DNA of 64,000 nt from a virus (IMGVR_UViG_3300013099_000017:80244-144243); one strand, 5' to 3'. Shown: positions 20,934 to 33,182, numbered from the stretch's first letter. Numbers and translations: made by a program. The notes: generated by a model not told the origin, from the letters alone.

Positions 20934-22103
20934 ATGACCGATTTTAATACTGATGTGATTGAAATACCTTCTGAAAATATTGATATTCTCAAAAAGAAAG
21001 TTGAACAAGTCAACAAAAAAGCGATTAAAAATGGTTTGGTTCCAATGGTTTTGACTATTGGTGATGTTATCGAAACTAAACAAAAAGACCATTTTGGTAA
21101 TGTTTCATATACCAAATCTTATCCGGTTTCAATTGCAGGTGAATATCCTGCTATTAATGGTTGGAAATGTATTGCTAAAATTGATCATCGTGATGGTGTT
21201 AATATCGTTGCCATTTATGATGAAATTGATGTTTCAAAATATCGTGATCGTAAACCAACATGTGATCATTGTGGTCATAACAAAATCAAGGTTCAATCTT
21301 ATTTGATTCAAAATATTGAGTCAGGTGAAATTTTACAAATTGGTAAATCTTGTATTAAAGATTATATCAAGGGTGATCCTAAATGGATGCTTCAAATGCT
21401 TACTTGGATTCGTACCTTAGATGAACAACTGAAAGATGAATTTTCAATTGGTGGTGGTTCTGAATTTTATTATGACATTGAAAAAATTGCTTCTGCTTCT
21501 GCATTGTCAATTGAATTAAATGGTTTCGTTGGTTCGGGTGGTTATGATTATGACAAAACACCTACCGTTTCAGATGTCAATGATTTCTTTTTTGGTAAAC
21601 GTGATAATGATTGGTTAGGTTATTGGAAAATTACTGATGAAAATAAAGCTATTGCCAAAGGCATGATTGAATATTTCAATGAACAGTCAGGCGATAATAA
21701 TTTTGTTATCACTATCAAGCAACTGTTAGAACTTGGTAAAGTTCGAGCTAAGTTCTTTTCATACATTGCAGGGGCAGTATCAGGCTATTTAAAGCATCTT
21801 GACCGTGAAGCTAAGAAAGCAGTCGATGAAAAAATTAAGCGTGTTAATGCTACCGTTGGTGAAGTTAAAAAGCGTCAAGATTTCAATGTTACTTTGGAAT
21901 CACTGATTACTACTTCCGGTTTTTATGGAACAATTTATGTTCATAAATTCCGTAAAGATACAGGTGAAACAATCGTTTGGTTTGCAAATGGTACTTCATT
22001 AGATCGTGAAATTGGTGATGAATTCACCATCAAAGCAACCGTTAAAAAGTTTGATGAATATAATGGTTGGAAACAAACAATTGTTGTTAGAGTTAAGGAT
22101 TGA
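20934..22103 (+). CDS. Conserved phage protein with Zn finger and probable C-terminal OB fold
   Basis: CDHCG..IGKSC; C-terminal IKATVKKFDEYNGWKQT. Confidence 0.6.
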   Translation: MTDFNTDVIEIPSENIDILKKKVEQVNKKAIKNGLVPMVLTIGDVIETKQKDHFGNVSYTKSYPVSIAGEYPAINGWKCIAKIDHRDGVNIVAIYDEIDVSKYRDRKPTCDHCGHNKIKVQSYLIQNIESGEILQIGKSCIKDYIKGDPKWMLQMLTWIRTLDEQLKDEFSIGGGSEFYYDIEKIASASALSIELNGFVGSGGYDYDKTPTVSDVNDFFFGKRDNDWLGYWKITDENKAIAKGMIEYFNEQSGDNNFVITIKQLLELGKVRAKFFSYIAGAVSGYLKHLDREAKKAVDEKIKRVNATVGEVKKRQDFNVTLESLITTSGFYGTIYVHKFRKDTGETIVWFANGTSLDREIGDEFTIKATVKKFDEYNGWKQTIVVRVKD

Positions 22104-22332
22104 ATTATGACTAATAAATTTAGTATTACTGAAAGTGATAAGCAATTCCTTAGTGCTGTAAATCGTTGGAGAAACGAAAATGAAATCAATAAACAGATAT
22201 TAGCGTTTATTGATGAATTAATTGAATCTGTCAATGATGATGATTGTATGTGTGATCAATTTGATGATGGATTTGATGCATGTGCTTATATGGTTAAACT
22301 TCAAATTAACAAGATAATTAATGGGGCAAATA

Positions 22333-22821
22333 ATGCAAAGGGAAATTGAAAGAAAATTTTTATTAACAAATGATTGGAAAGATCGAATTAAAAAATATGC
22401 GGTTGATAAAAATCTAATTCGACAAGGATATTTGAAATTATCTGATCCTGTTGTTCGTGTTAGAACATTCAATAATATCGGTAAACTCACCATCAAGGGG
22501 AATCCTACTGATGGTGAATTGGGTGTTGATGAATATGAATATACTATTCCATATGTAGATGCTATCAATATGTTATTAACATTGTGTGATCGTGAATTGT
22601 GGAAAACAAGATATTCTGTTTTTATTTGTGGTAAAATTTGGGAAATTGATGAATTTCTTGGAGACAATAAGGGTTTGATATTTTGTGAAGTTGAATTAGA
22701 TTCAGAAGATGAATTTCTTGATTTGCCTAATTTTATTGGCAAAGAAGTTACAGGCAATGAACGATTTTATAATAATTGGATTATTAATAACCCAATAGGT
22801 GAAACAAATGAAAACGATTGA
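22333..22821 (+). CDS. CYTH-domain triphosphatase/adenylate cyclase-like protein
   Basis: EIERKFL, RQGYL, VRVR, LTIKG, EYEY, KTRY, WEIDEF, CEVEL. Confidence 0.92.
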   Translation: MQREIERKFLLTNDWKDRIKKYAVDKNLIRQGYLKLSDPVVRVRTFNNIGKLTIKGNPTDGELGVDEYEYTIPYVDAINMLLTLCDRELWKTRYSVFICGKIWEIDEFLGDNKGLIFCEVELDSEDEFLDLPNFIGKEVTGNERFYNNWIINNPIGETNEND

Positions 22822-23089
22822 TTATGTAAACCTATCAAATAATGTTTTATTTTGGTTGGGTAGTGCTGGTGTTAAAGATATTAAAGATATAGCAATTACA
22901 GATGATAACATTACTATAAACATTTAGGTAAAGGTTATAAATCAGAATTAAACAATTCACTTGATTTTTTGTTGGAAAATTTACAAGATGTATGTATTTT
23001 TTATTATAAATTTATATGAGATCTTTATAGGTAAAGATAATAATCTTATACAAGTTATATTTAAAGTCAAAAAATCGGGTGATAAATAA
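22808..23089 (+). pseudogene. Small gene with two compensating frameshifts
   Basis: Start and final TAA share a frame; the middle (YKHLGKGYKSELNNSL) is open only in another frame; shifts near 22912 and in the T6 run at 22997. Confidence 0.45.
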
Positions 23090-23228
23090 TGAGTATTAAT
23101 ATTGAAAATGAATTGACCAATTTTGGTGGATGGGAAAAAAATAAAATTCGTAATATGCTTAGGCAAGAATTTAAGTATGGGGTTTTATTGGGTGTTATTG
23201 GAACTTTGATCATTGTGTGGATTTTTAT

Positions 23229-23645
23229 ATGAAAAAAGTAAGTGCTGGTATCATCATAACAGATGGTAAAGAAATTTTATTAGGTCATTCAACTGGTAAT
23301 AATTTTTGGGATATTCCAAAGGGGATGGTTGAAGATGGTGAAAATCCATACGATACTGCTATCCGTGAAACTCATGAAGAATTTGGATTAGATTTTTCAG
23401 ATCATACATTAGTTGATATTGGTGAATTTAAATATTCAAAATCTAAGAATTTACATTTATTTTTGGCAAACGTATCATCAATGCCAAACGCAAAACACTG
23501 TGAATGTACATCATATTTTGATATCGGGCAGGGTAAGAAACCAGAAATTGATACTTTTATTGTTTTTGAATTAAAAAATGTAGAAGTATTATTTTGTGCA
23601 TCAATGAAAGAATGTTTTAAACAATGGAGAAAATATATAAAATGA
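23229..23645 (+). CDS. Nudix hydrolase (T4 NudE-like)
   Basis: WDIPKGMVEDGENPYDTAIRETHEEFG Nudix box. Confidence 0.92.
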   Translation: MKKVSAGIIITDGKEILLGHSTGNNFWDIPKGMVEDGENPYDTAIRETHEEFGLDFSDHTLVDIGEFKYSKSKNLHLFLANVSSMPNAKHCECTSYFDIGQGKKPEIDTFIVFELKNVEVLFCASMKECFKQWRKYIK

Positions 23646-24854
23646 GTACAAAAATATACAATGCTTATATCTGTAAAATGGGGATGCCGTATCTTAGTCT
23701 TATTATTAAAGAATTAAGAAAAGAATATACAGAAGAAGTACAAAAAACGATTTTAGATATACCATTTAATTTTAGAAAAAAATGCATTGAATTTTATGAA
23801 GATGATTCTATTGTAATTTATCCGTTGCAAAATGGTGATATTTTATTTCAAGAGTGGCGTTATAGATTGAGATATAGTGTAAATTTACCTACATTCAATT
23901 TGATGCTCAATTTCAATAAAATTGAAGATTATCATTATCAAGATCAGTCAGATCCTTGGTATATTGATGATTATGATGATGATAAAATTACCAAAGAAGA
24001 ATATGAAAGTGCAATAATCCAATATGAACAGCGTGAAAAAGATTGGAATGAAGTATTCGGTGATGGTTCATGGAGTCCAGCCGAAACTGGATTTACTATA
24101 CCTTATATAAACGATAAAATTAGATTAGAGTGGGACAAATGAAGCGATTAGTAGAATTACCACTTACCTTATATACAATTTTGGATACAAAATCTAATGA
24201 AAATTGGCATACAAATCAAAACAAGGGTGTTTGGTTTAAAATAAATCATGCTAAATCAGCATGGACAAATAACCAATGGCGTGATGAAATTAAATTCAAT
24301 GATCAAGACAGATATAAGATTGTTGAAAATACTGTTGCTTCATGGAATAAGCAAATTATTAATTAATAAATAGGTTTAAGGATAAAATGATTGAAATAAA
24401 ATTTACGGCAGTTGCTCCGGTGGTTCAGGGTTGGAAAAATGGAATTGATGTTTCACGACATAAATACTATGATTGTTCATTCTCAGTATCATTCGATCCA
24501 ACTAAAATTAATGATCATCAAGTTAATCAAATGATTCACAATCAAATGCTTCAAATGAAACGAGATCATCCAAGAAGTCAAGTACTTAAACAAGCCCAAA
24601 GGCAATATTAATTAATATGAGATAAAATAATATGTATGAACCAGAAGAAACCTATTATGGAAAAGAACAGCACCAACAAGAGCAAATAATATTACAACAT
24701 GGACAACCTGAAATTCCTTGGTATTTTGGTCAGGATTTCCAATGGTGGTGGACCGGTGTATTTGTGCCAATTATTCTTGCTATTGTTATTAATAAGACTA
24801 TGAAAAAGAAAACCGTTGTTAATGAAAGTAATCATAAACATCCAAGATTGTAAA

Positions 24855-24938
24855 TATATCCACAATGGGATATATACCAATGTATCCCATTGTGTGATAA
24901 TATCTGTATTGTAGAAAACATTCCAAAAGGAAAATATT
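24855..24938 (+). promoter_or_regulatory. Dyad-box promoter cassette (inverted box plus second half-box)
   Basis: TATATCCACAATGGGATATA, extra TATCCCATTGTG at 24883, GATAAT 24896, TTCCAAAAGGAA. Confidence 0.8.
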
Positions 24939-26264
24939 ATGAGTCGTTCTGTCAGTTATCCTAATAATGCTAGTGTTGTCTGTTATATTGATGTGAGTTA
25001 TATGGAAGATTCCGATGAATGGAATGATTTCATGGATTCATTAAAATATGTTATTTTAACAAAATATAAATCTTTTGAAGATGATGATCATTATATTGGT
25101 CGGGAATTAACTTCTGTTTTATCAAACCAACATGCTCAAATTGTGGTATCTGAATATTGTGGATTAGCAAGCGTTTCTCTTGCTCCAATTGAATTTGATG
25201 GTTATGGTGAAGATTCGAGTTTACAAAATATTGCTAATGCATGGTGTAATTTGGTATCTGATAACTTCAAAAAATTAATTGATAAACATTTTAATTCTTT
25301 AAATAAAGTTGCAACATTCAGCAATGGTGAATCTATGTATGAGTATGCATCATGAAAATATATCAACTAACAAGTGAAAATTTTGATGAAGGTTGTGGTA
25401 CTTTTACTTATATTATAAGCACTTCAAAAAACAAAAAACAACTTGAATCTGTTGCCAAAAAATTAAATGATTTATATGAAACTAATTATCAACATTATTA
25501 TGTAAATAATGTTGATGTTAAAGATTCTTTAACACATGATGAAATTGAACAAATAATCAAACAAATATTGGAGCCATAAAAATGTCATATCTATTACAAA
25601 AAAGAAATGAAAGTTGTGTTGAATATGCTTTGATTAATCAACATCCAATTGATTTTTTCAGACAATTATTTTTTACTAATGGCAATGGTATTGAGATTAG
25701 TAATGGTAATCCAGTTGAAGTCGTTAATTATGGACGGACTATCCCTTGGATAGAATATTATAAAGAAGAAACCACATTAGATGATATTAAAGATTATTTT
25801 GTTGATTATAAACTTGAACGCAAAGTTCAAGAAACTCAAAAAATGATTCGTGGTATGGATTCTTATAGCAATATATATAAGGATGCTCTTGCTGAATTGG
25901 ATGATATTTATGAATTGAGTGATAATGAAATCACAAATAGTCATTTTTGGTTAAATAAATTATTAGATGAAAAGGGTAATTTTTATCCATATTTGTCATT
26001 ATCTGATGGTTATTTTAAATTGCAACAAATTAATGAAAATACAGAACCATTATTATTGGATGTTGCAATAGCGGTTACGTCTGCATATGTATCATTTTTT
26101 GCTTATGTGAAAATAAATAAAACTTTCATTGAAGAATATAAATCAATTATTTCATTTAGATGGAATGTTGAAACTCTCGAAAGATGTTATAATACATCTA
26201 TGGATGATTTGGAAATGTTGCGAAAAGAATTTAAACGTTTATTGAAACTTAAAATGGATAGATA

Positions 26265-26921
26265 ATGAAAACCTTAATTTGTTATAGTGGTGGATTTGAT
26301 TCAACTGCTTTATTATTGAATGAGTTACAGAATGGTTATCATGTTGATACTTGTTATTTTGAATTGCCAAATAATACAGGTGCTCAATCAATTGAATTGA
26401 AAAATCGTAAAAAGATTTTAAAGTATGTATCCAAAATAACAAAAGATCCTGAAATGTCAGGAACTTTGGGAAATGATGTTGTTTATAATTTATATACTAA
26501 ATTTGATAATCGGGTATATTTACATCTTCAACAAGCATACCTATGGATACAATTTTTAATATTGAAAGTTGATTTAAGTAAATATGATCGAGTTGTTTTT
26601 GGTTATGTGAAATATGATGATTTTTGGCATTTTAAAAATGAATTTATTGAGTTATATAATTCATCCGTAAAATTAACTGTACATAAAAACACACCAAAAT
26701 TGGTATATCCTTTTGAGTGGTGTACTAAAAAAGATGTTTTAAAATGGTATGATACGGAAAATTTTTACAATAAAAATGTATCCAAATATATTAAAAAAAT
26801 AGAAAAATTAACGTTTTATTGTGAAACTCCGGTTGATGGTAAAGCATGTAAAAAATGTGATTCATGTAAACGACATAAAAGTGAGATTGGAAATGAACAG
26901 AAAAGAATTAATATTAACTAA
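26265..26921 (+). CDS. QueC-like PP-loop ATPase
   Basis: SGGFDST PP-loop; C-terminal CETP..ACKKCDSCKRH Zn site. Confidence 0.8.
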   Translation: MKTLICYSGGFDSTALLLNELQNGYHVDTCYFELPNNTGAQSIELKNRKKILKYVSKITKDPEMSGTLGNDVVYNLYTKFDNRVYLHLQQAYLWIQFLILKVDLSKYDRVVFGYVKYDDFWHFKNEFIELYNSSVKLTVHKNTPKLVYPFEWCTKKDVLKWYDTENFYNKNVSKYIKKIEKLTFYCETPVDGKACKKCDSCKRHKSEIGNEQKRININ

Positions 26922-26926
26922 TATAC

Positions 26927-26958
26927 TTGACATGGTATCTAATTTCTTATATTATAAT
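26927..26958 (+). promoter_or_regulatory. sigma70-type promoter
   Basis: TTGACA-N17-TATTAT, overlapping TATAAT. Confidence 0.6.
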
Positions 26959-27040
26959 ACAATAAATAATATTTATTAAAAACATAAATAAATTGTGGTG
27001 TTTCCATGCAGTTATTTATATTACATTAGGATTTAAACTT

Positions 27041-27982
27041 ATGAAAATTCCAACAAAGGAATTTATTGAAAATAATAGAAAGATGGTGAAATTGAAGCCA
27101 ACACCATATGATAATGTGTTTGTGTTGAAATATACTCCAAAAGTATTTTATAATTATTGGTGGGATAAAGATGATTCGTTAATTGAATGTCGTGGGACTT
27201 TGGTCGATAAAGATTTAAATATCGTATCAAGACCATATACAAAAATCTTCAATCATAATGAAAAGTTTGCACCAAAATTTGATGATGATGAAATTGTTTT
27301 AGTTGCTGATAAAATCAATGGCTTTATGTGTGCGGTTACTTGGCACAATGATATGGTTTTGGTTTCCACAACTGGTACAACTGATTCAGATTTTGCAAAG
27401 GTTGCAAGAGAAGAAGTAATGAAGGTCACGAATGAAACTCTATTTAAAGACCATTCAGATTATACTTTCATCTTTGAAGTTTGTACAAAAGAAGATAGAC
27501 ATATCATTGAAGAAGATTTGGGTGTTTATTTATTGGATGTTAGACTGAAAAAATGGGATACACCTAATATTGGTTTGGGGTCAAGTGAAATAGCTTGTTT
27601 GAGATTGACAACACAATATCGTAATGAAGATAATTTCAATGATAGCTTTAAATTACCTAAACATTGGATGTATAAGTTTGGTGAACTTGAATCAATTTTG
27701 AAAACATATAAGCGTGAAGGTTTTGTTGTGACAAGTTTGGATAGAACCCGACAAGTTAAAATGAAATCCCCATATTATTTAACATCAAAATTTTTGGCTA
27801 AATTGAATAATGATAATGTTGAATTGTTGTTATCAAATCCACAAAAATGTAAAGCACGAATTGATGAAGAATTTTATCCAATTGTGGATTATTTAAATGA
27901 AAATTTAGATCATTTTAAAACGTTGGATAATTTCGATAAAGCAATGTATGTTCAGGCATACTTCGATGGAGAAGAAACATGA
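27041..27982 (+). CDS. T4 Rnl1-like RNA ligase
   Basis: ECRG, ADKINGF (motif I), FIFEV, REGFVV, VKMKSPYY. Confidence 0.85.
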   Translation: MKIPTKEFIENNRKMVKLKPTPYDNVFVLKYTPKVFYNYWWDKDDSLIECRGTLVDKDLNIVSRPYTKIFNHNEKFAPKFDDDEIVLVADKINGFMCAVTWHNDMVLVSTTGTTDSDFAKVAREEVMKVTNETLFKDHSDYTFIFEVCTKEDRHIIEEDLGVYLLDVRLKKWDTPNIGLGSSEIACLRLTTQYRNEDNFNDSFKLPKHWMYKFGELESILKTYKREGFVVTSLDRTRQVKMKSPYYLTSKFLAKLNNDNVELLLSNPQKCKARIDEEFYPIVDYLNENLDHFKTLDNFDKAMYVQAYFDGEET

Positions 27983-28291
27983 GAAAAGAAAAAGATGATA
28001 GTTATTTTATTAATAGAATGAGTTCATTTGGGGAATGGGTGTGGCGATTATATATTATTGAAGTTTTCCGTGATGGTGATGGGGTTTCATTTATTTTTAA
28101 TAAATATCATCCACTTTCATATATAATGTTCTTGGTTAGTATATTAGATGTATTTTGGATCAGTGGTGCAGATGGTGTAAAAGAAGAATGGAAAGATAAT
28201 CAATTGGGTTGGGATTTTACAAAGTATTGGAAAAAACCGGAAAATAAAATACGGTATATTCCAAGACCAGATATATATTTTTATACATAAG

Positions 28292-28363
28292 TATCCACAA
28301 TGGGATATATTAATTATCATTGTATATGATATACTATGATTATAAATTTTAAAGGATAGAAGA
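28292..28363 (+). promoter_or_regulatory. Dyad-box promoter (inverted box)
   Basis: TATCCACAATGGGATATA right after a stop codon; TG-A-TATACT -10. Confidence 0.7.
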
Positions 28364-28764
28364 ATGAAAGGTAATATAACAATTTCCAGACCGAGTTATG
28401 GTGATGGTAGGGAAAATATTGTAATTTCAATCAGAGATCGTGATTCAGGTGAAAGATTTTGTGAAGTTAATATAGATTACAAATCTTTTACTAAGTTAAT
28501 TACGGGTCAATCGGAAATTGATTGTGAATTAAATGTAAAAAATTTAGAACGTGTTGGTAAAAAACGGGAAAATGATACAATTGAATTTCCATTTGATAAA
28601 ACATATTCAAATGAGAGAAATGAATTAGCAATTGAAAAAGTAAAAGAATATACTCCGGAAGGTTGGACATGTGATAATTATTTTGGTTCACAAACATCAT
28701 TTTTCCGTAAAGATGGGGTTGATTATGCAAGGGCAACAATCAGACGTTGGATAGATAAAGAATA

Positions 28765-29316
28765 ATGAGAGAAGCATATATTACAAGTGATAATCATTTT
28801 TATCATAAAAACATTTTAAAATATCAAAAGGAAGAAAGACCATTTGATGATGTTTTGGAAATGAATGAAGTTATTATTGAACGACATAATGAAGTTGTTA
28901 AAGATAAAGATGATATTTATTATCTTGGTGATTTTGCTATGACCGGAAATAATAATATTATTGAAATTTTAAAAAGATTAAATGGTAGAAAGCATTTTGT
29001 TTTTGGTAATCATGATCGACAAATGAGACATGATTCTGTCAAAGAATATTTTGATTGGATGTTTCAGTATCATGAACTTAAAGTAAAGCAATATGGCTTT
29101 AAAATTCCTCCAATTACATTATTTCATTATCCTATGGAACGTTGGAATAGAAAGAGCTATGGTTCATTTCATTTCTTTGGACATACTCATTCTAATGAAT
29201 ATGATGAAGTTGGTCGATTTAATGTTGGTGTTGATAACCATAATTTATATCCGTGGTCATTGGCAGAAGCAATTGAAAATTTAGAATCTATTGGGAGAGA
29301 TAACAATGAAAGTTGA
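28765..29316 (+). CDS. Calcineurin-like metallophosphoesterase
   Basis: SDNHF, LGDF, GNHD, FHYP, GHTH. Confidence 0.9.
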   Translation: MREAYITSDNHFYHKNILKYQKEERPFDDVLEMNEVIIERHNEVVKDKDDIYYLGDFAMTGNNNIIEILKRLNGRKHFVFGNHDRQMRHDSVKEYFDWMFQYHELKVKQYGFKIPPITLFHYPMERWNRKSYGSFHFFGHTHSNEYDEVGRFNVGVDNHNLYPWSLAEAIENLESIGRDNNES

Positions 29317-29780
29317 ACATTGGGATGGTGATCATCTTTGTGGTGATACAGGATTTATTGATACAGATTATACACCAGAAGAAGTTTTAGAATCATATAA
29401 AAATGATCGTGGCATACCAACGGTAATGTGGGGAGCATATACATTTTTAATTGTTGATGTTGTGTGGGCTGATCCAATTAAAAAGGATAAAATCAAGGTG
29501 TGTTTACAATGAATCTGAAAGTAATACATTTAACTGAAACATGTGATATGATTTATCGTGAAGATGATGAAATATTTTATGTTATTCATGCAGGTGAAAA
29601 TGAAGGTGTAACTTTTACCCTATTGGATCTGGTGATTTCAATTGTAGATGGTCAATATAAACATGATTATTTACCACTTATCATAGAAAACTCTTATAAT
29701 GCTCCAGTTAAATTAATTTATAATGAAATTTTTGAAGTTGTTCAGGCAAAAGTTAAATTATATATGGATAAAATAAAATA

Positions 29781-30488
29781 ATGTTATTAAGAATAGTGAG
29801 TGATTTACATTTAGATATTGAATATAAAGAATTGTCAATATTACCGGATGAAGATAAACAAGTTCTTATATTAGCTGGTGATATTGCATCAAACATCGAC
29901 CTATTTGATGAATTCCTACTTGACGTTGTGTACAGATTCAAACAGATTATTATTATCTATGGGAACCACGAATACTATGGTCATAACGTTGAAGCCCGTA
30001 AAAACGAGTTGTTTGAATTGTGTACAGATTATAGTAATGTTCAATTATTAGATGATGTGGCAATTAATTATGATGGAGTTACTATCTATGGTGGTACATT
30101 ATGGACAAGTGCTTATAAAGATCCCGTATATTGGTTAAATGATTTCAATGTTGTTGATTTTCCTGATGATTTTTATATTGAAGAACATAATTGCCAAGTC
30201 AATCATTTATCGAAAATGATTGACCAATTTGATGTGGTTATTACTCACCATGCACCAAGTTATAAGTCATGTGCTCCAAGATTTGAAAATTCTCCAATGA
30301 ATAAATACTTCATGAACCACCTTGACAATTTAATTTTAGATGCTGGAAAAAAGTTGAAATTGTGGGTACATGGACATGGACACGATTCATGTCAATATAA
30401 AATTGGTGAATGTGATGTAATTTGCAATCCAAAAGGATATAACGATGAAAATAAGGAATATAATGATGGGTTAATATACGAAATTTAA
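29781..30488 (+). CDS. Calcineurin-like metallophosphoesterase
   Basis: SDLH, AGDI, GNHEYY, THHAP, HGHGH. Confidence 0.9.
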   Translation: MLLRIVSDLHLDIEYKELSILPDEDKQVLILAGDIASNIDLFDEFLLDVVYRFKQIIIIYGNHEYYGHNVEARKNELFELCTDYSNVQLLDDVAINYDGVTIYGGTLWTSAYKDPVYWLNDFNVVDFPDDFYIEEHNCQVNHLSKMIDQFDVVITHHAPSYKSCAPRFENSPMNKYFMNHLDNLILDAGKKLKLWVHGHGHDSCQYKIGECDVICNPKGYNDENKEYNDGLIYEI

Positions 30489-30812
30489 TTAATAGTGCTT
30501 GTAAAAAAATGGATAGTATGCTACAATGCTATCTAATTAATGTTGTAATCATATATGGACTAATATGAAAACCACTAAGATTAAAATGAAAAAAGTAAGC
30601 GGTATGGCTGTTTTAAGTACAAACATATGGAATTTGGGTAAAATAAACATATCATTTGGTGATAATTTACCTGAAATGAAAAATGTATATGATTATAAGA
30701 CATATAGACCGATACTAATTACTCAACTGTTTTAACAATTAATTAAATTTATTAACCGATTTACATAATAATGTATAGGGGATTACTATACCCGAAATAA
30801 TGAGAGATATGG

Positions 30813-33182
30813 ATGTCAGAAGAACTAATACTTACCAATTTAATACATAATGATGAATTTATAAAAAGAGCATTACCCTTCCTAAAATTATCATATTTTC
30901 AATATGAAGAAAATAAATTAATCTTTGAGCAATATGTCAGATACTACGCAAAGTATAATACAAAACCAACGGCTGAAACTCTTGCTCACGAAATAGCAGA
31001 AATAGAAGAAATTCGTGATGATACCCTTGAAAACACATTGGAAAGTTTGGGTGATCTTGAACAGGATGAAGAACCCAATATTGAATGGTTAGTAAATACA
31101 ACCGAGGGTTTTTGTCAAGAACGTGCTATTTATAATGCTATTCAAAATTCAATTGACATTATTGATGGTGTTGATGAAAAACACACTAAACACGCTATTC
31201 CCGATATTCTTAAAAAAGCCTTATCAATTTCATTTGATGTTAAGTTAGGTCATGATTATTTAGAAGATGCTGAAAAGCGTTTTGAATTTTATAATTTAGA
31301 TCATCCAAGAATCGAATTTGACATTGAAATGTTGAATAAAATTACCAATGGTGGTTGTCCAAGAAAAACTTTAAATGTTCTATTAGGAACCACTAATGTA
31401 GGTAAAGCTGAAAGTATTTTTACTAAATTATTAACTCCAACTGGAATTAAAATGTTTGGTGATTTAAAAGTTAATGATTATGTTTATGGTAGTGATGGAA
31501 ATCCAACTAAAATTATCAATACATATCCCCAGGGAGAATTACCATTATATGAAATAACATTCAAAGATGGTAGATCAACACAATGTTCATATGAACATCT
31601 TTGGAATGTATATAAAGGCGATAATAAAGAACAAATTACAATTGATTCTAATGAAATATTTAGGTTGATGGATTTAAAATATTACAGTAAAAGATTATGG
31701 ATACCATTATCTAAACCAATTAATTTCAATAAAGAATATAATTTTAATATAGATCCATATTTAATGGGTGTTTATTTGGGTGATGGTACTACAATGGCTG
31801 AATCTATTGGAATATCATCTAATGATAACCATATTATTGAAAAAATAAAAAATATCATTGATATTGATGATATGGATATCAAATATAAATCAAAATACGA
31901 TTATATAATTAAGTCTAGGTTCACTGGTGAAAATGAATATTTAACAGAGTTAAAACAATATAATTTATTTAAAGTGAAATCAGATAAAAAGTTTATTCCA
32001 AAAGAAATGATGAATTCTACAATTCAAAACAGATGGGATTTATTGACAGGATTGATTGATTCTGATGGATATTGTGGTAAACATGGAACATTACAATATT
32101 ATACTACAAGTGAACAACTTAAAAATGATGTAATTGATCTTGTAAGAAGTTTAGGTGGGATTGCCACAAGTAAAGATAAACAAACATATTGTAATGGAAA
32201 AAAAGGATTACCATCTTATGATATAATGATTAAAATTAATCCTGAAAATGGATTAAATATTAGTCCAAATAAAAAGAATGTGGAAATATTTAATAATAGA
32301 ATAAAAATTCCAAAACTAAAAATTGAATCAATAAAGAAAATACACAAAGAAGAATGTATGTGTATTAAAGTTGAAGCAAAAGATCATTTATATTTAACAA
32401 AGGATTTTATTGTTACTCATAATACATTGGGATTAGTACATATGGCAACTGCATATATGAATCTTGGTTATAATGTTGCATATATCACAGCGGAAATGAG
32501 TGAAGAAGCAATTGGTAATCGTGTTGATGCTAATGAATTTCAAGTTAATGTGAATGATGTAGAAGATATGGATTTCGATATCTTCATGAATAAAATTAAT
32601 GCCATTAAGAATAAAACAAAGGGTCGATTAAAAATACACGAATATCCTACAAGTACAGCTCATACAGGTCATATTAAGACATTATTACAAGAATGGCAAT
32701 TGAAGATGAATTTCACGCCAGATATTATAATGATAGATTATATAAATATTATGGCAAGTAGTAGGGTCAAGTTAGCTAATACCGGATCATATTTTTACAT
32801 TAAAGCCATTGCCGAAGAATTTAGAGCATTGGCAGTAGAAACAAATACAGTTTTATGGACTGCTACTCAATCAAATCGAGGCGGTGCTAATAATCCAGAT
32901 GTTGATTTAACTGATACGAGTGAATCATTTGGTTTACCTGCAACTGCTGATTTTATGTTGGCATTAATCAGAACAGAAGAATTGGATGCTTTGGGTCAAT
33001 TAATGATCAAACAATTAAAATCAAGATATGGCAATAAGGGCTATTATGAGAAATTTGTAATTGGTTCTAACATTAATACAATGAGTTGGTATGATGTTGA
33101 TGATACTGCTCAATTTGATGATGTTATTAAAGAAGATACAAAGCAAAAACATAAGGGGAAATTCGATGATTTTAAAATTTAA
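30813..33182 (+). CDS. T4 gp41-like replicative DNA helicase containing an intein
   Basis: Walker A GTTNVGK-(intein)-T, YITAEMSE, IMIDYINIM, TATQSNRGG, SESFGLPATAD. Confidence 0.95.
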   Translation: MSEELILTNLIHNDEFIKRALPFLKLSYFQYEENKLIFEQYVRYYAKYNTKPTAETLAHEIAEIEEIRDDTLENTLESLGDLEQDEEPNIEWLVNTTEGFCQERAIYNAIQNSIDIIDGVDEKHTKHAIPDILKKALSISFDVKLGHDYLEDAEKRFEFYNLDHPRIEFDIEMLNKITNGGCPRKTLNVLLGTTNVGKAESIFTKLLTPTGIKMFGDLKVNDYVYGSDGNPTKIINTYPQGELPLYEITFKDGRSTQCSYEHLWNVYKGDNKEQITIDSNEIFRLMDLKYYSKRLWIPLSKPINFNKEYNFNIDPYLMGVYLGDGTTMAESIGISSNDNHIIEKIKNIIDIDDMDIKYKSKYDYIIKSRFTGENEYLTELKQYNLFKVKSDKKFIPKEMMNSTIQNRWDLLTGLIDSDGYCGKHGTLQYYTTSEQLKNDVIDLVRSLGGIATSKDKQTYCNGKKGLPSYDIMIKINPENGLNISPNKKNVEIFNNRIKIPKLKIESIKKIHKEECMCIKVEAKDHLYLTKDFIVTHNTLGLVHMATAYMNLGYNVAYITAEMSEEAIGNRVDANEFQVNVNDVEDMDFDIFMNKINAIKNKTKGRLKIHEYPTSTAHTGHIKTLLQEWQLKMNFTPDIIMIDYINIMASSRVKLANTGSYFYIKAIAEEFRALAVETNTVLWTATQSNRGGANNPDVDLTDTSESFGLPATADFMLALIRTEELDALGQLMIKQLKSRYGNKGYYEKFVIGSNINTMSWYDVDDTAQFDDVIKEDTKQKHKGKFDDFKI
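31407..32423 (+). mobile_element. Class 3 intein with LAGLIDADG endonuclease (339 aa)
   Basis: Begins with Ala, ends VTHN before Thr; HLW in block B, Cys in block F (MCIKV), Thr in block G; LMGVYLGDG and LTGLIDSDG. Confidence 0.9.

Noticed and set aside
26265-26921. Complete 7-deazaguanine DNA modification cluster
   Set aside because: Only a QueC-like gene is present in this window.
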